A DNA stretch of 64,000 nt from Candidatus Parcubacteria bacterium (GTDB lineage Bacteria; Patescibacteriota; Patescibacteriia; Patescibacteriales; UBA12075), in the NCBI GenBank assembly GCA_963814275.1, contig CAWFCE010000002.1, positions 106,537-170,536 on the forward strand, in the 5' to 3' direction. This document shows positions 26,326 through 35,441 of the stretch, in pieces. Under the pieces are notes generated by a model. It worked only from the letters and a program-made list of their open reading frames with translations, searched no databases and was not told the origin of the DNA. The position numbers and the translations under genes are program-made. Numbering within the stretch: the first letter of the stretch is position 1; each line of letters opens with the position of its first letter.

Positions 26326-28311
26326 CTAATCGGTTTGATTGTCTCCGGGCCAGACCAGGCGCTTGCCAGTCCTTATATACCAATCGGTTACGTTGGCAAA
26401 ACGGTTGCGCGGATAAAGTATGTTGGTGACCGCAAAACCTTTTACCTTGTTGGACTGAACATAAGTATAGATCGGAGAATACATGAAAATTACCGGCTCA
26501 TCATCGGTGATGATTTCCTGAAAACGCAGATACTTTTCCTGGCGCGCTCCCTGGTCCGAGGTCAGGCGGGCATCTTCTAACAATTGATCGACATCCTTGT
26601 CGGCGAAATTGGCGATGTTGAATCCGTTCTCGCCGGTTTGCGACGAATGCCAGAAGGCATAGGGGTCGGGATCGCCGCCAACCACCTGACCGTAGAATAA
26701 AGCATCAAATTGCCTGGTTTTTATAACTTCCGACTGGATCCGCGATAAAGGCAGCGCTTCGGTCGCGGTTTTCACTCCGACTGCCTCCCAATCATGCTTC
26801 ACCGCGTCTATAACCAATTGGTTTTCATTGCGCTCAACCGTTTTCAGGGAAATGACCAAGTAATTGCCGTCTTTCATCCGCCATTGTCCTGCACCCATAA
26901 ATAAAATCTGATTAGCCTTATTGCGCACTTCCTCGTCATCCGACTCGGCGTCAATTTGCGCCTGGGCGATGTCTTCGTCCGTAACCTCGCTAAGTTTCCA
27001 GTCTACGCTATCCAATAACTCAGCCGCCTTCGATACATTATAGTCGTATTTGGTGACATTTGGATTATAGGCGAAGCTATTGGCCAGAATCGGACTATCG
27101 ACGATATAGGCATCGCCGCCTAAAATGTCGTTGATTATCCGATTTCGGTCAATCGCGAAAGCGAGCGCCTGCCTGACTGCCTTATCCCCCAAGGCCGGAT
27201 TTTGGGCCTGATTGAAAAATATCAATGTCAACTGCGGTAAATATAATTTATGGAAATTATAAGTTCGCGGGGTAAGTATCTGGTCCTTCAGGTCATATGG
27301 CAAATAACTTAGCCCGTCGATCGCATTATCGTTCAGGGCGGTAACCGCTTCCTGAAAATCTCCGTAGAATATGAAATGAAGATCGATTTTGGGCGGAGCT
27401 TGGTAGTAATCCTGGTTGGCTGTCAGGGTATAATCCCGGATATTCCCGTTTTTATCTTTCGACAAAGTGTTGAATTTGTATGGTCCCGATCCTATCGGCT
27501 TGAGATTAAGCTGCGCCAAGGGCGTGGCTTCGGGAGGAATTTGCGCCCACAGATCGGCCGGTAAGATGCCGAAAGTCAATAATTCCAAAAATGCGGCATA
27601 CGGATCCGTTAATACGAATTTCAATTTACGATCATCTATCCGCTCGATCTCGACTCCGGAAAAACTGTTTTTGAGGGGCGATTTATATGAGGTGTCATTA
27701 ATGGCGGAAAATGTGAATAGTACGTCGTCCACCGTCAAAGGGGAGCCATTATGCCACTGAATGTTATCCCGCAAAGTCAGCGTATACGTCTTGCCGTCCT
27801 CGCTGACCTCATAAGAATCAACGAGATCGGGTATCAACTCACCGTTCTGATCACGCCGGAAAAGAGAAGAATATATCAAACGGGACAAATCATTGTCGAC
27901 GTCGCTCAAAATCGCGTATAGAGGATTGATATATTTCGGCGTTCCGATCAATCCTTCACTATATTCTCCGCCAGCGACAGGAACAGCCTGTAAATTTCTG
28001 TAATAAAAACGCGTGGAGACAAAAACTACACACCCGATAATCAGCAAAAAGCCGATCCTAATCGTCCAACGCTCGCGCGGAGTCAAAAACCGCTTCAGCT
28101 GCCTTAGCTGCCGCCAATTGGGAATACGCGACTTGGAGAGGTTGTAGACCAATTTTTTATCAAGATCGATCTGCTTTTGTCCGCTTACTTCCGCGGCCGC
28201 TCCGGTTTGTCCGCCGAGCGATACAGGAGTCGTAAAAACGCCCGCAACCCTGTGACCGATTGACGCTAGGGGGCGTTTTATTCGGTTGGCTATTCCTTTA
28301 AATGAGTTCAC
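26326..28311 (-). CDS. ABC transporter substrate-binding protein, peptide/nickel (family 5) type, membrane anchored
   Basis: N-terminal TM anchor followed by SBP_bac_5-like length and motifs (TLTLRDNIQWHNGSPLT, GSGPYKF). Confidence 0.82.
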   Translation of the reverse strand: MNSFKGIANRIKRPLASIGHRVAGVFTTPVSLGGQTGAAAEVSGQKQIDLDKKLVYNLSKSRIPNWRQLRQLKRFLTPRERWTIRIGFLLIIGCVVFVSTRFYYRNLQAVPVAGGEYSEGLIGTPKYINPLYAILSDVDNDLSRLIYSSLFRRDQNGELIPDLVDSYEVSEDGKTYTLTLRDNIQWHNGSPLTVDDVLFTFSAINDTSYKSPLKNSFSGVEIERIDDRKLKFVLTDPYAAFLELLTFGILPADLWAQIPPEATPLAQLNLKPIGSGPYKFNTLSKDKNGNIRDYTLTANQDYYQAPPKIDLHFIFYGDFQEAVTALNDNAIDGLSYLPYDLKDQILTPRTYNFHKLYLPQLTLIFFNQAQNPALGDKAVRQALAFAIDRNRIINDILGGDAYIVDSPILANSFAYNPNVTKYDYNVSKAAELLDSVDWKLSEVTDEDIAQAQIDAESDDEEVRNKANQILFMGAGQWRMKDGNYLVISLKTVERNENQLVIDAVKHDWEAVGVKTATEALPLSRIQSEVIKTRQFDALFYGQVVGGDPDPYAFWHSSQTGENGFNIANFADKDVDQLLEDARLTSDQGARQEKYLRFQEIITDDEPVIFMYSPIYTYVQSNKVKGFAVTNILYPRNRFANVTDWYIRTGKRLVWPGDNQTD

Positions 28312-28365
28312 AATATATATAATAAACGAGAAATTTTACAGTGAAAAATATTTCCGCTTTCATTC

Positions 28366-28578
28366 CTAGATAACGACCACAGCCAACGAAACCGAGAAAA
28401 ACAATACGGCCAATATGATGGTGGCGTAAAATAACTTCTTCTCCAGTCCCCGCTTAGTAGCGTAAATATTACTGCTTCCGCCAAAAATTCCCGACAACCC
28501 CGCTCCGCGATTCTGAAGAAGGATCGTCGTCATCATTAGTAATGCGATGATTATTTGGGCTAAATTTAGTATTTTCAT
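28366..28578 (-). CDS. secG: Preprotein translocase subunit SecG
   Basis: 70 aa with two TM segments and the LLQNRGAGLSGIFGG motif. Confidence 0.85.
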   Translation of the reverse strand: MKILNLAQIIIALLMMTTILLQNRGAGLSGIFGGSSNIYATKRGLEKKLFYATIILAVLFFSVSLAVVVI

Positions 28579-28587
28579 AATTACTTT

Positions 28588-28935
28588 CTAGCGCTTTATG
28601 TCGCTGATAATTCGATCGAGCACCTTTTTATTGTCTTCCGCCAAATTTGCCAATATTTTACGGTCCAATTCGATCTTGTTGGTTTTCAAAAGATTGATTA
28701 AGCGTGAATAACTAACCCCGCGCTCGCGTGCAAAAGCGCCGATCTTGATCTGCCATAAACCGCGAAAATCACGTTTACGCTTACGGCGGTCAACGAAGGC
28801 ATGATGGCCTGCTTTAACCTTGGCTTCCTTGGCCTGTTTGATCTTATTCTTCCGGCCCCAGCGGTAGCCCTTGGTCTGTTTCAATAATTTTTTTCGTCTT
28901 TTTAAGTGGGTCACGCCCCGTTTCACTCTCGGCAT
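28588..28935 (-). CDS. rplT: 50S ribosomal protein L20
   Basis: MPRVKRGVTHLKRRKKLLKQTKGYRWGR. Confidence 0.95.
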   Translation of the reverse strand: MPRVKRGVTHLKRRKKLLKQTKGYRWGRKNKIKQAKEAKVKAGHHAFVDRRKRKRDFRGLWQIKIGAFARERGVSYSRLINLLKTNKIELDRKILANLAEDNKKVLDRIISDIKR

Positions 28936-29011
28936 ATCTTAATGGATATATATTTATTTATTATGAAACTAAATTTGGCAAGTAAAATTAATCCGATATA
29001 TCGGCAAAATA

Positions 29012-29209
29012 TTATTTATAGGGTATTAACTGCGTAATTGTTTTCCGCAGGGTATTATCGGTCGTAATATCACGACGTTTGCTTCGTTTGGTGTTGCCGC
29101 GTTCGCGCGCATTAAAGTGATCCTGACCGGCTTTGCGCTGTTTGATCTTGCCTTTGCTGGTCAACTTGAATCTTTTCACCGTGGCTTTATGGGTTTTTAT
29201 TTTCGGCAT
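29012..29209 (-). CDS. rpmI: 50S ribosomal protein L35
   Basis: MPKIKTHKATVKRFKLTSKGKIKQRKAGQDH. Confidence 0.93.
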   Translation of the reverse strand: MPKIKTHKATVKRFKLTSKGKIKQRKAGQDHFNARERGNTKRSKRRDITTDNTLRKTITQLIPYK

Positions 29210-29348
29210 AAAATATATCTTAAATATTCCTATTGGTTAGCGGATATATGGTTAATTCCGGCTGCCAATGTGCTATAAAGAAATAAAATAAGCTAATGTC
29301 AATAATATTAAACAAAAAAACCAGGCATAATACCTGACCAAATTAGGT

Positions 29349-29906
29349 TTATTCTTTTTTATTGGCCAGTACCATTGTAAACCGTCCGCCTTGTTTTGTC
29401 AAGTCCTGTTCCCTGATTATCTTCAAATCCTCTTCTTTGTTCAATTCGGCGACGAACTCATCAAATATCTCGACCGCTTTGCCGGGATGCGCCCGCTCGC
29501 GCCCTTTTAAGATCAAATCCAGTTTCAATTTATGGCCTTTTTGGAAAAATTTCTTTGCCTGTTCGATGCGGAGGGCCAAATCATGCTGGCTGATCCTGAT
29601 CGACAGGCGGATTCCTTTGGTTTCCACTTTCTTTTGTTGCATTTTCTGCTTGTGCGCTTTCTTTTCCTGCACGTATTTGAATTGTCCGTAATCCATTATT
29701 TTCACTACCGGCGGTTTAGCCGACGGATTGACTTCAACCAGGTCCAGCCCGGCTTCGCGGGCCATGCTCAACGCGCGGGCAGTCGGTGTTTCCCCGATTT
29801 GCGTGCCGTTTTCGTCTATAACAAAAACACTCGGGATTCTGATCTGATCATTAGCTCGAAATCTTTTTTCCGGTTTTGGTTTTGCTTTTCTCCAGGTACG
29901 TCGCAT
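29349..29906 (-). CDS. infC: Translation initiation factor IF-3
   Basis: NDQIRIPSVFVIDENGTQIG...GLDLVEVNPSAKPPVVKIMDYGQFKY, in the infC-rpmI-rplT gene order. Confidence 0.93.
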   Translation of the reverse strand: MRRTWRKAKPKPEKRFRANDQIRIPSVFVIDENGTQIGETPTARALSMAREAGLDLVEVNPSAKPPVVKIMDYGQFKYVQEKKAHKQKMQQKKVETKGIRLSIRISQHDLALRIEQAKKFFQKGHKLKLDLILKGRERAHPGKAVEIFDEFVAELNKEEDLKIIREQDLTKQGGRFTMVLANKKE

Positions 29907-30011
29907 TAATATTGACAGCAGATAACAGAAAACAGATAGCAGGCTGACACACCTTTAATCTGCTTCTGCAAACGCCATTTTAAAAATAATTCGAAAATCG
30001 ACATTTATTTG

Positions 30012-30083
30012 AGCGGGTAACGGGAATCGGACCCGTCTTTCGACCTTGGCAAGGTCGTGTAATAGCCACTATACCATACCCGC
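30012..30083 (-). tRNA. tRNA-Gly (anticodon GCC)
   Basis: Acceptor GCGGGTA/TACCCGC+T, anticodon loop TTGCCAA, T-loop GGTCCGATTCC. Confidence 0.88.
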
Positions 30084-30316
30084 AATTTAATTTACGATTG
30101 GCGGTCGGCGCTAGATGATTTAGGTTACTAAACGGGAAAATAAAATAGCTACTAGAGGTAGCTAATCGCTAGGATTATTATAGATTAAAAGATTTATTTT
30201 GGCAAGTACTTTACAAAAATGCAAAAAAATGTTAATATTAGCTAGTTGAATTATAAATAATTATCATTTTATAGCAATAATTCGAAATTCAAAAATCTTA
30301 ATTAGAATATTAAAAT

Positions 30317-30775
30317 ATGCCAGTATTAGCCGTAAACAAGCGGGCCAGTTATGATTACAACCTGGGAGACAGTTTTGAAGCCGGGATGGTTCTCTTTGGC
30401 CACGAAGTTAAAGCAATAAAAACCAAGCGTGCCTCTCTAAAGGGGGCATTCGTAACGATCAAACAAGACAGAACCGGAACAGCCCTTTTTCTTACCAACG
30501 CCCATATTTCAAAATATGACAAAGCCAGTACGGTAAAAGACTACGACCCGGACCGGCCGCGTAAATTGCTGGTCCATAAGAACGAGCTGAACCGCCTCAT
30601 CGGCAAGAAGCAGGAACAAGGGCTGACATTGGTACCCACGAAGATATACACCAGGCACGGCCTTCTCAAACTCGAATTCGTCCTCGGCCGCGGCAAGAAG
30701 AAATACGACAAACGCGAAGCGATCAAGAAACGGGAGCTCGACCGCAATATAAGGTCTTTGACAAAGATGAGATAG
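30317..30775 (+). CDS. smpB: SsrA-binding protein SmpB
   Basis: ASYDYNLGDSFEAGMVLFGHEVKAIK and KLLVHKNELNRLIGKKQEQGLTLVPTKIY. Confidence 0.95.
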   Translation: MPVLAVNKRASYDYNLGDSFEAGMVLFGHEVKAIKTKRASLKGAFVTIKQDRTGTALFLTNAHISKYDKASTVKDYDPDRPRKLLVHKNELNRLIGKKQEQGLTLVPTKIYTRHGLLKLEFVLGRGKKKYDKREAIKKRELDRNIRSLTKMR

Positions 30776-30920
30776 TTGGGATATTTTGGATTTTTGGGAT
30801 AAATGATATTTCGTGTTTATCCCAAAAATCGCAACAACCCCAACCATCCTAAAAATCATAATAAAGCAATCATTCGCATATCCCGCATTCGTAATGGCGG
30901 GCTCGCGAAGCGAATAACAT

Positions 30921-31310
30921 GGGGATGCTGGGCTTCGATGGCAAGATTTTCAGCGGATATTCGGAACGTGCGAGTCGGGTATCACGCAAAACTTCCCGAA
31001 AACCAATAAATGCCAAAAACGCATTAGCCAAAGTCCGCGCTGCTTTCAGCATGCCGGCCTTGGCGCCAGTTATGGCCTAACAGCCGTAGCCATCCGACGC
31101 GGGGGACGCCTGATAGTCCGCGCGGGTGTCATAAAAATCAGGCTAGGCGCGGGGAGCGCTTCCGGTCCGGCGCCGAAACCAAGGGAGCTTTTTACGGCCT
31201 AATTTCGTCCGGCTCTTAAAGCCGTAATAAAACCATCAACCGGACTAATTCCGTATCGATATCCGTCCGAAACTTGTCAGACGCGGGTTCAACTCCCGCC
31301 ATCTCCACCA
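30921..31310 (+). ncRNA. ssrA: tmRNA (SsrA)
   Basis: The 5' GGGGATG pairs with the 3' CATCTCC+ACCA (G3:U pair). T-arm GCGGGTTCAACTCCCGC. Candidate tag ORF 31012-31077 (AKNALAKVRAAFSMPALAPVMA) then TAA. Lies immediately downstream of smpB. Confidence 0.88.
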
Positions 31311-31466
31311 GACAAAACCAGGCCGCCAGGTCTGGTTTTGTTTTGGGGAGTATGGTGATCTAGTTGAAGCCGAGAAAAACCGTAAACAAACATCAAAATG
31401 AGTACTTTACCATTAGCAGATAAAAGCAAACATTCAAGTCTAACCGGGTGAAACGGGCCTCGGCCC

Positions 31467-31494
31467 TTCAACTCCCGCCATCTCCACCAGACAA
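31467..31494 (+). repeat. Second copy of the tmRNA 3' terminal 28 bp (att-like direct repeat)
   Basis: ttcaactcccgccatctccaccagacaa is identical at 31288-31315 and 31467-31494. Confidence 0.9.
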
Positions 31495-31595
31495 TATTCG
31501 AATGACGAATTTCGATTTTCGAATGATCGTTTTTAATTGATTACAAAAGACCTTTGCGTTTCGCGCGAAGGTCTTTGTATTATTATCTGATTGTT

Positions 31596-32096
31596 CTACT
31601 CGATTTTAACGATCCGATATTCCACCGCCCTCTCTGCCAACTGTACTCTGACAATATCGCCGACACGGCGGCCGAGAAGGGCCTGGCCGAGGGGGGAGCT
31701 GTGGGATATAACCCCATGGGTCGGATCGGCTTCGCTCGAGCCGAGGATGTAGTATGCCTTTTTCCGGCCGTTTACCTCCAATGTAACATAGCTGCCCAGC
31801 GCCGCCACTCCGGAACTCCCCCCGGCTCCGATGATCACCGCGCGTTTCAGATGTTCTTCGATCTCTTCGATCCGCCGGTTGATCCCGCGCAGGCGTCCCT
31901 TGGCCGCGCTATAGGCGGCATTATCCGAAAAATCACCGTCCGAAGCATGCAGTTTTAGCTCGGTGATCGCGCGCGGCCGGCTGATTGCCTTGAGTCTTTC
32001 CAGTTTTTCCTTAAGCTCCTTGTGCTTGGCGGCTGTGATGTTCGGATCGGCCTTGAGACCGCTATATTTTCCCGCTTTTCTGATCGGCATTCTCAT
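31596..32096 (-). CDS. greA: Transcription elongation factor GreA
   Basis: GDFSDNAAYSAAKGRL and the C-terminal GSYVTLE...SPLGQALLGRRVGD. Start moved to the first ATG (the track start is TTG at 32117). Confidence 0.9.
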   Translation of the reverse strand: MRMPIRKAGKYSGLKADPNITAAKHKELKEKLERLKAISRPRAITELKLHASDGDFSDNAAYSAAKGRLRGINRRIEEIEEHLKRAVIIGAGGSSGVAALGSYVTLEVNGRKKAYYILGSSEADPTHGVISHSSPLGQALLGRRVGDIVRVQLAERAVEYRIVKIE

Positions 32097-32290
32097 AATT
32101 GCCAAATTTAAATCCAAAACGGATAATTATATTTAATATTATCATTATATAATATACGATTGAATATTCAATATGAAGACTTTGCCTTATATTGCATTTT
32201 TTGCTAAGATAATGTTAAATATAATCCAATTAAGCGACATGGAATGTAACTCCCATATATCGCTTCTCATTTTTAATAACCGGATAAATT

Positions 32291-32680
32291 ATGAACAAAA
32301 ATAATACGGTAGTTATTGTCGTAGTGGCAATACTGGCGATTGCCGCGATCGCTTTTCTTATGAATTCACGCGGTGCGGCACCGGTGGTCGGTGATCTGGG
32401 CGAATTCGCCCAGTGCCTCAAGGATAGCGGCGCCAAGTTCTACGGTGCTTTCTGGTGTTCGCATTGCCAGAACCAAAAGGCGGCTTTCGGCGCGGCCGCG
32501 GACAAGTTGCCTTATGTCGAATGTTCGACTCCGGACGGCCAAGGCACGCAATCGGTCTGCACCCAGGCCGGTATCAGCGGCTACCCCACCTGGGTATTCG
32601 CCGACGGCAGCCGCGCATCCGGCGAACAATCACTGCAAACGCTGGCTGACAAAACCGGCTGCACCCTGCCCAGCCAATAA
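32291..32680 (+). CDS. Membrane-anchored thioredoxin-fold protein (CxxC)
   Basis: N-terminal TM segment, then FYGAFWCSHCQNQKAAFG and GYPTWVF (VKOR/DsbA-associated Trx-like pattern). Confidence 0.8.
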   Translation: MNKNNTVVIVVVAILAIAAIAFLMNSRGAAPVVGDLGEFAQCLKDSGAKFYGAFWCSHCQNQKAAFGAAADKLPYVECSTPDGQGTQSVCTQAGISGYPTWVFADGSRASGEQSLQTLADKTGCTLPSQ

Positions 32681-32698
32681 TATTTTAACGATCAAATT

Positions 32699-33235
32699 AT
32701 GCCAAACATCGTAAGCCACATTCTGGCCATATTGACGATAATCGCGCAATTCGTAATGGTTATAACCATTACTTATTATCTGCTTAACCGAAAGAATCGG
32801 GGAGACAAATTGATAAATTTTCTTTCGCAAAAAGGCCTGATTTTCGCCTTCATCATTGCTCTGGTATCGACTATGGGCAGCCTGTTCTACTCTGATGTCG
32901 CCGGCTTTGACCCCTGCGAACTCTGTTGGTTCCAGCGCATATTCATGTACCCGCTGGTGCTCCTCCTCGGTCTGGCCTTTTACAAAAAGGATGAGCGGAT
33001 AAACGACTATGTCCTGTCGATGGCAACTGTCGGCGCGTTGATATCGATCTACCACAACTATATCTATTACGGCGGCAGCGGATTCACCTCCTGCTCGGCC
33101 GCCGGCCTGGGCGAATCCTGCGTCCGCCATTACGTTTTCCTCTACGGCTATATCTCCATACCCATGATGACCCTGACCGCTTTCCTGATAATTATCTGCT
33201 TGACCGCTTTACGCAAAATTTATTCCAGGCAATGA
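32699..33235 (+). CDS. Disulfide bond formation protein B (DsbB/BdbC family)
   Basis: Four TM segments and CELCWFQRIFMYP; a second Cys pair lies in the loop (SCSAAGLGESC). Confidence 0.85.
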   Translation: MPNIVSHILAILTIIAQFVMVITITYYLLNRKNRGDKLINFLSQKGLIFAFIIALVSTMGSLFYSDVAGFDPCELCWFQRIFMYPLVLLLGLAFYKKDERINDYVLSMATVGALISIYHNYIYYGGSGFTSCSAAGLGESCVRHYVFLYGYISIPMMTLTAFLIIICLTALRKIYSRQ

Positions 33236-33296
33236 ATTTTGGCATTCATACTGTTACCCATTTACTACACGTATGCCGATATGATATGATATACAA

Positions 33297-33773
33297 ATGC
33301 GAAAAAGAAAATGGGATTTAAAATCCTTGAAATCAGCGGTAAAATCTTCAACGAGTTACAGACAGGTATTGGTCAAATTGGGTTTAAAGCCGGCAGGGGG
33401 AAACTACAGCCAGATAAAAAAATATGTTGAAGAATACCATCTAAGTTTCAAACACTACAAGGGGTGCGGTTGGAAAAAAGGCCTTTCCGGTTTAGATGCT
33501 CCGCGGATCCCCCTTGATAAAATCATTGTCAAAAACAGCGACTTTCAAAGTTTTAAACTAAAAAAAAGACTTTTTAACGCCGGCCTCAAACAAAAAAAAT
33601 GTGAAGAATGCGGCTGGAATAAAATTTCCGAAGATGGACGATTACCCTTGGAGCTGGATCATATAAACGGGGACAGCCGTGATAATCGATTACAAAATTT
33701 GCGAGTGCTTTGCCCCAATTGCCACAGTCTCAAACCGACCCACAGGGGCAGAAACAGAAAATTAAAAACATAA
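33297..33773 (+). CDS. HNH endonuclease
   Basis: CEECGW...LELDHINGDSRDNRLQNLRVLCPNCHS (HNH with zinc-binding Cys pairs). The stop codon is 3 nt before tRNA-Leu. Confidence 0.88.
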   Translation: MRKRKWDLKSLKSAVKSSTSYRQVLVKLGLKPAGGNYSQIKKYVEEYHLSFKHYKGCGWKKGLSGLDAPRIPLDKIIVKNSDFQSFKLKKRLFNAGLKQKKCEECGWNKISEDGRLPLELDHINGDSRDNRLQNLRVLCPNCHSLKPTHRGRNRKLKT

Positions 33774-33776
33774 AGT

Positions 33777-33859
33777 AGCCGCGGTGGCGGAATTGGTAGA
33801 CGCGCAGCACTTAAAATGCTGTGGAGATTCTCCGTGCCGGTTCGATTCCGGCCCGCGGC
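33777..33859 (+). tRNA. tRNA-Leu (anticodon TAA)
   Basis: Acceptor GCCGCGG/CCGCGGC+A, anticodon loop CTTAAAA, long variable arm, T-loop GGTTCGATTCC. Confidence 0.9.
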
Positions 33860-34004
33860 ACAAGGAAATTTCGAATGTCGAATTTCTCAGCCAAAGGCTG
33901 ATCCGCCTATGGCGGAGATTTTCGAATTATTTAATTAAACGCCAATATAATCTAATCAGTGGATCATAAAACTCCCTCCCGGGGAGTTTTTTGTTGTTGA
34001 AGTT

Positions 34005-34562
34005 TTATTTATTCTGCCACAACTGCTGTAATTCATTATCGATCTGGCTCCGTTCATTGTCGCCCAGGCCGCGGCTGCCGTCATCGTATTCTTCTTCCGT
34101 TCCTTCCGGTTCGTCCTTGGTCCAGACGCGGAGCAGTTCGGCGGCAAAATCGGTGGCCCGTTCTATCTTGATCGCCAGTCCGGCGTGGGACTGCACTTCT
34201 TCCAGCCGTCTTTTCAGCTCGTTGTCGTCAGTAATGATTACGATATCGCTTCGTTGGGACGGTCCATTACTGTCCGCTCCGCTCCATGAAAATGTCCCCG
34301 CGCTGATGCTCCTGACCATCTCTACGATCTTGTCATCGGCCGACTGGTAATATTGGTCTTTGGGAGAATATATAACGGTAATATGTTCATTGATCGTATT
34401 CTTATCTCCCCACGGTTCGCTACCGTCAAACACCAGATAGATATTCTTCTGCCGCTTGCGGTTATAATACCGGACCATTTCAGTGAGCTGCTTGTCGAAA
34501 TTCGGCTCCCTAAGCATCTTGAGCTTTCCGGCTACGTTGTTGGCGTCGATGATATACGACAT
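34005..34562 (-). CDS. NYN-domain protein (YacP/Rae1-like RNase family)
   Basis: MSYIIDANNVAGKL...IYLVFDG...VIYSPKDQYYQSADDKIVE pattern, with an acidic C-terminal tail. Confidence 0.7.
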   Translation of the reverse strand: MSYIIDANNVAGKLKMLREPNFDKQLTEMVRYYNRKRQKNIYLVFDGSEPWGDKNTINEHITVIYSPKDQYYQSADDKIVEMVRSISAGTFSWSGADSNGPSQRSDIVIITDDNELKRRLEEVQSHAGLAIKIERATDFAAELLRVWTKDEPEGTEEEYDDGSRGLGDNERSQIDNELQQLWQNK

Positions 34563-34563
34563 A

Positions 34564-35187
34564 TTATGCCAGTAAATATTCCATTGCGGATCTTAATTTG
34601 TTATTGAATGCTATTTCCGTATTGATCGTTTTGAAACTATACTTGCCCGTCTCCCTATAAAAATACTCTCCATAAACCGCTATTGATCTGGCGGCTAACC
34701 TCAAAACATCATCATCCTTGATGTGGGCGGCGATCCAATCGTTGTTCTCCCGGCTTTTCTTGAGCCCTTTGAGCAACAACTCCGCATCCCGCTTGACCAG
34801 ATATGCTATTTTCAGTTCTTTCTCGTGCTTTTTCAAACGATTAATATAATTCGGCAACAAATGTACGCCTTCGATTACATAATCCATCCGGCAAGCGATC
34901 AAATGGTCAATCAAACTTCTGACGCCGGGCCAGATAGTCCTGCTTTCGATAAGATCAGCCTTGAGCTGGGATTCACCGTCATATTTCTGAAAAAATTTCT
35001 CGACTTCAGTGGAATCGAACATTTTGATAAAAGGGAATTTTAAGGCTTGTTGCCGTCTTGAAAAATATTTGATAATAACCGGCCGCAAATTGTCGGTCGA
35101 GATATAGCCGATGTTTAATTTTTTAGCCAGCTGCCGCGACAATATGCTCTTGCCGCTGCGCGGTGACCCGCCGATTAAATAGATCAT
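34564..35187 (-). CDS. P-loop NTPase/kinase-like protein
   Basis: Walker A IGGSPRSGKS near the N-terminus; 207 aa. Confidence 0.65.
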   Translation of the reverse strand: MIYLIGGSPRSGKSILSRQLAKKLNIGYISTDNLRPVIIKYFSRRQQALKFPFIKMFDSTEVEKFFQKYDGESQLKADLIESRTIWPGVRSLIDHLIACRMDYVIEGVHLLPNYINRLKKHEKELKIAYLVKRDAELLLKGLKKSRENNDWIAAHIKDDDVLRLAARSIAVYGEYFYRETGKYSFKTINTEIAFNNKLRSAMEYLLA

Positions 35188-35212
35188 ATGATTTATATTA
35201 GTTTACAACCCA

Positions 35213-35238
35213 GGCGACACGGCGACGTGCCGCCTTCC
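35213..35238 (+). repeat. REP-like hairpin, copy 1 (one stem mismatch)
   Basis: ggcgacacg-gcga-cgtgCcgcc-ttcc. Confidence 0.8.
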
Positions 35239-35369
35239 TGGCAAAGGGATCGACTATGTTCGAATCAAATAACCGTCACTTGATTATTAACCTAATAAAA
35301 TACAATCAGCGACATGTCGTATTCCGTTGTTACCCGGGTAAATGATTAATTCCTTGCCATCACCTTAAC

Positions 35370-35395
35370 GGCGACACGGCGACGTGTCGCCTTCC
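35370..35395 (+). repeat. REP-like hairpin, copy 2 (perfect 9-bp stem, GCGA loop)
   Basis: ggcgacacg-gcga-cgtgtcgcc-ttcc. Confidence 0.85.
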
Positions 35396-35441
35396 ATAAG
35401 GATTGTACGTCAAGTATTAAATGATTATTTTAAACAACCCA

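Noticed and set aside
30803-31052. Track ORFs 30803-31009 (+) and 30870-31052 (-)
   Set aside because: They overlap the tmRNA gene and the word-repeat spacer after smpB.
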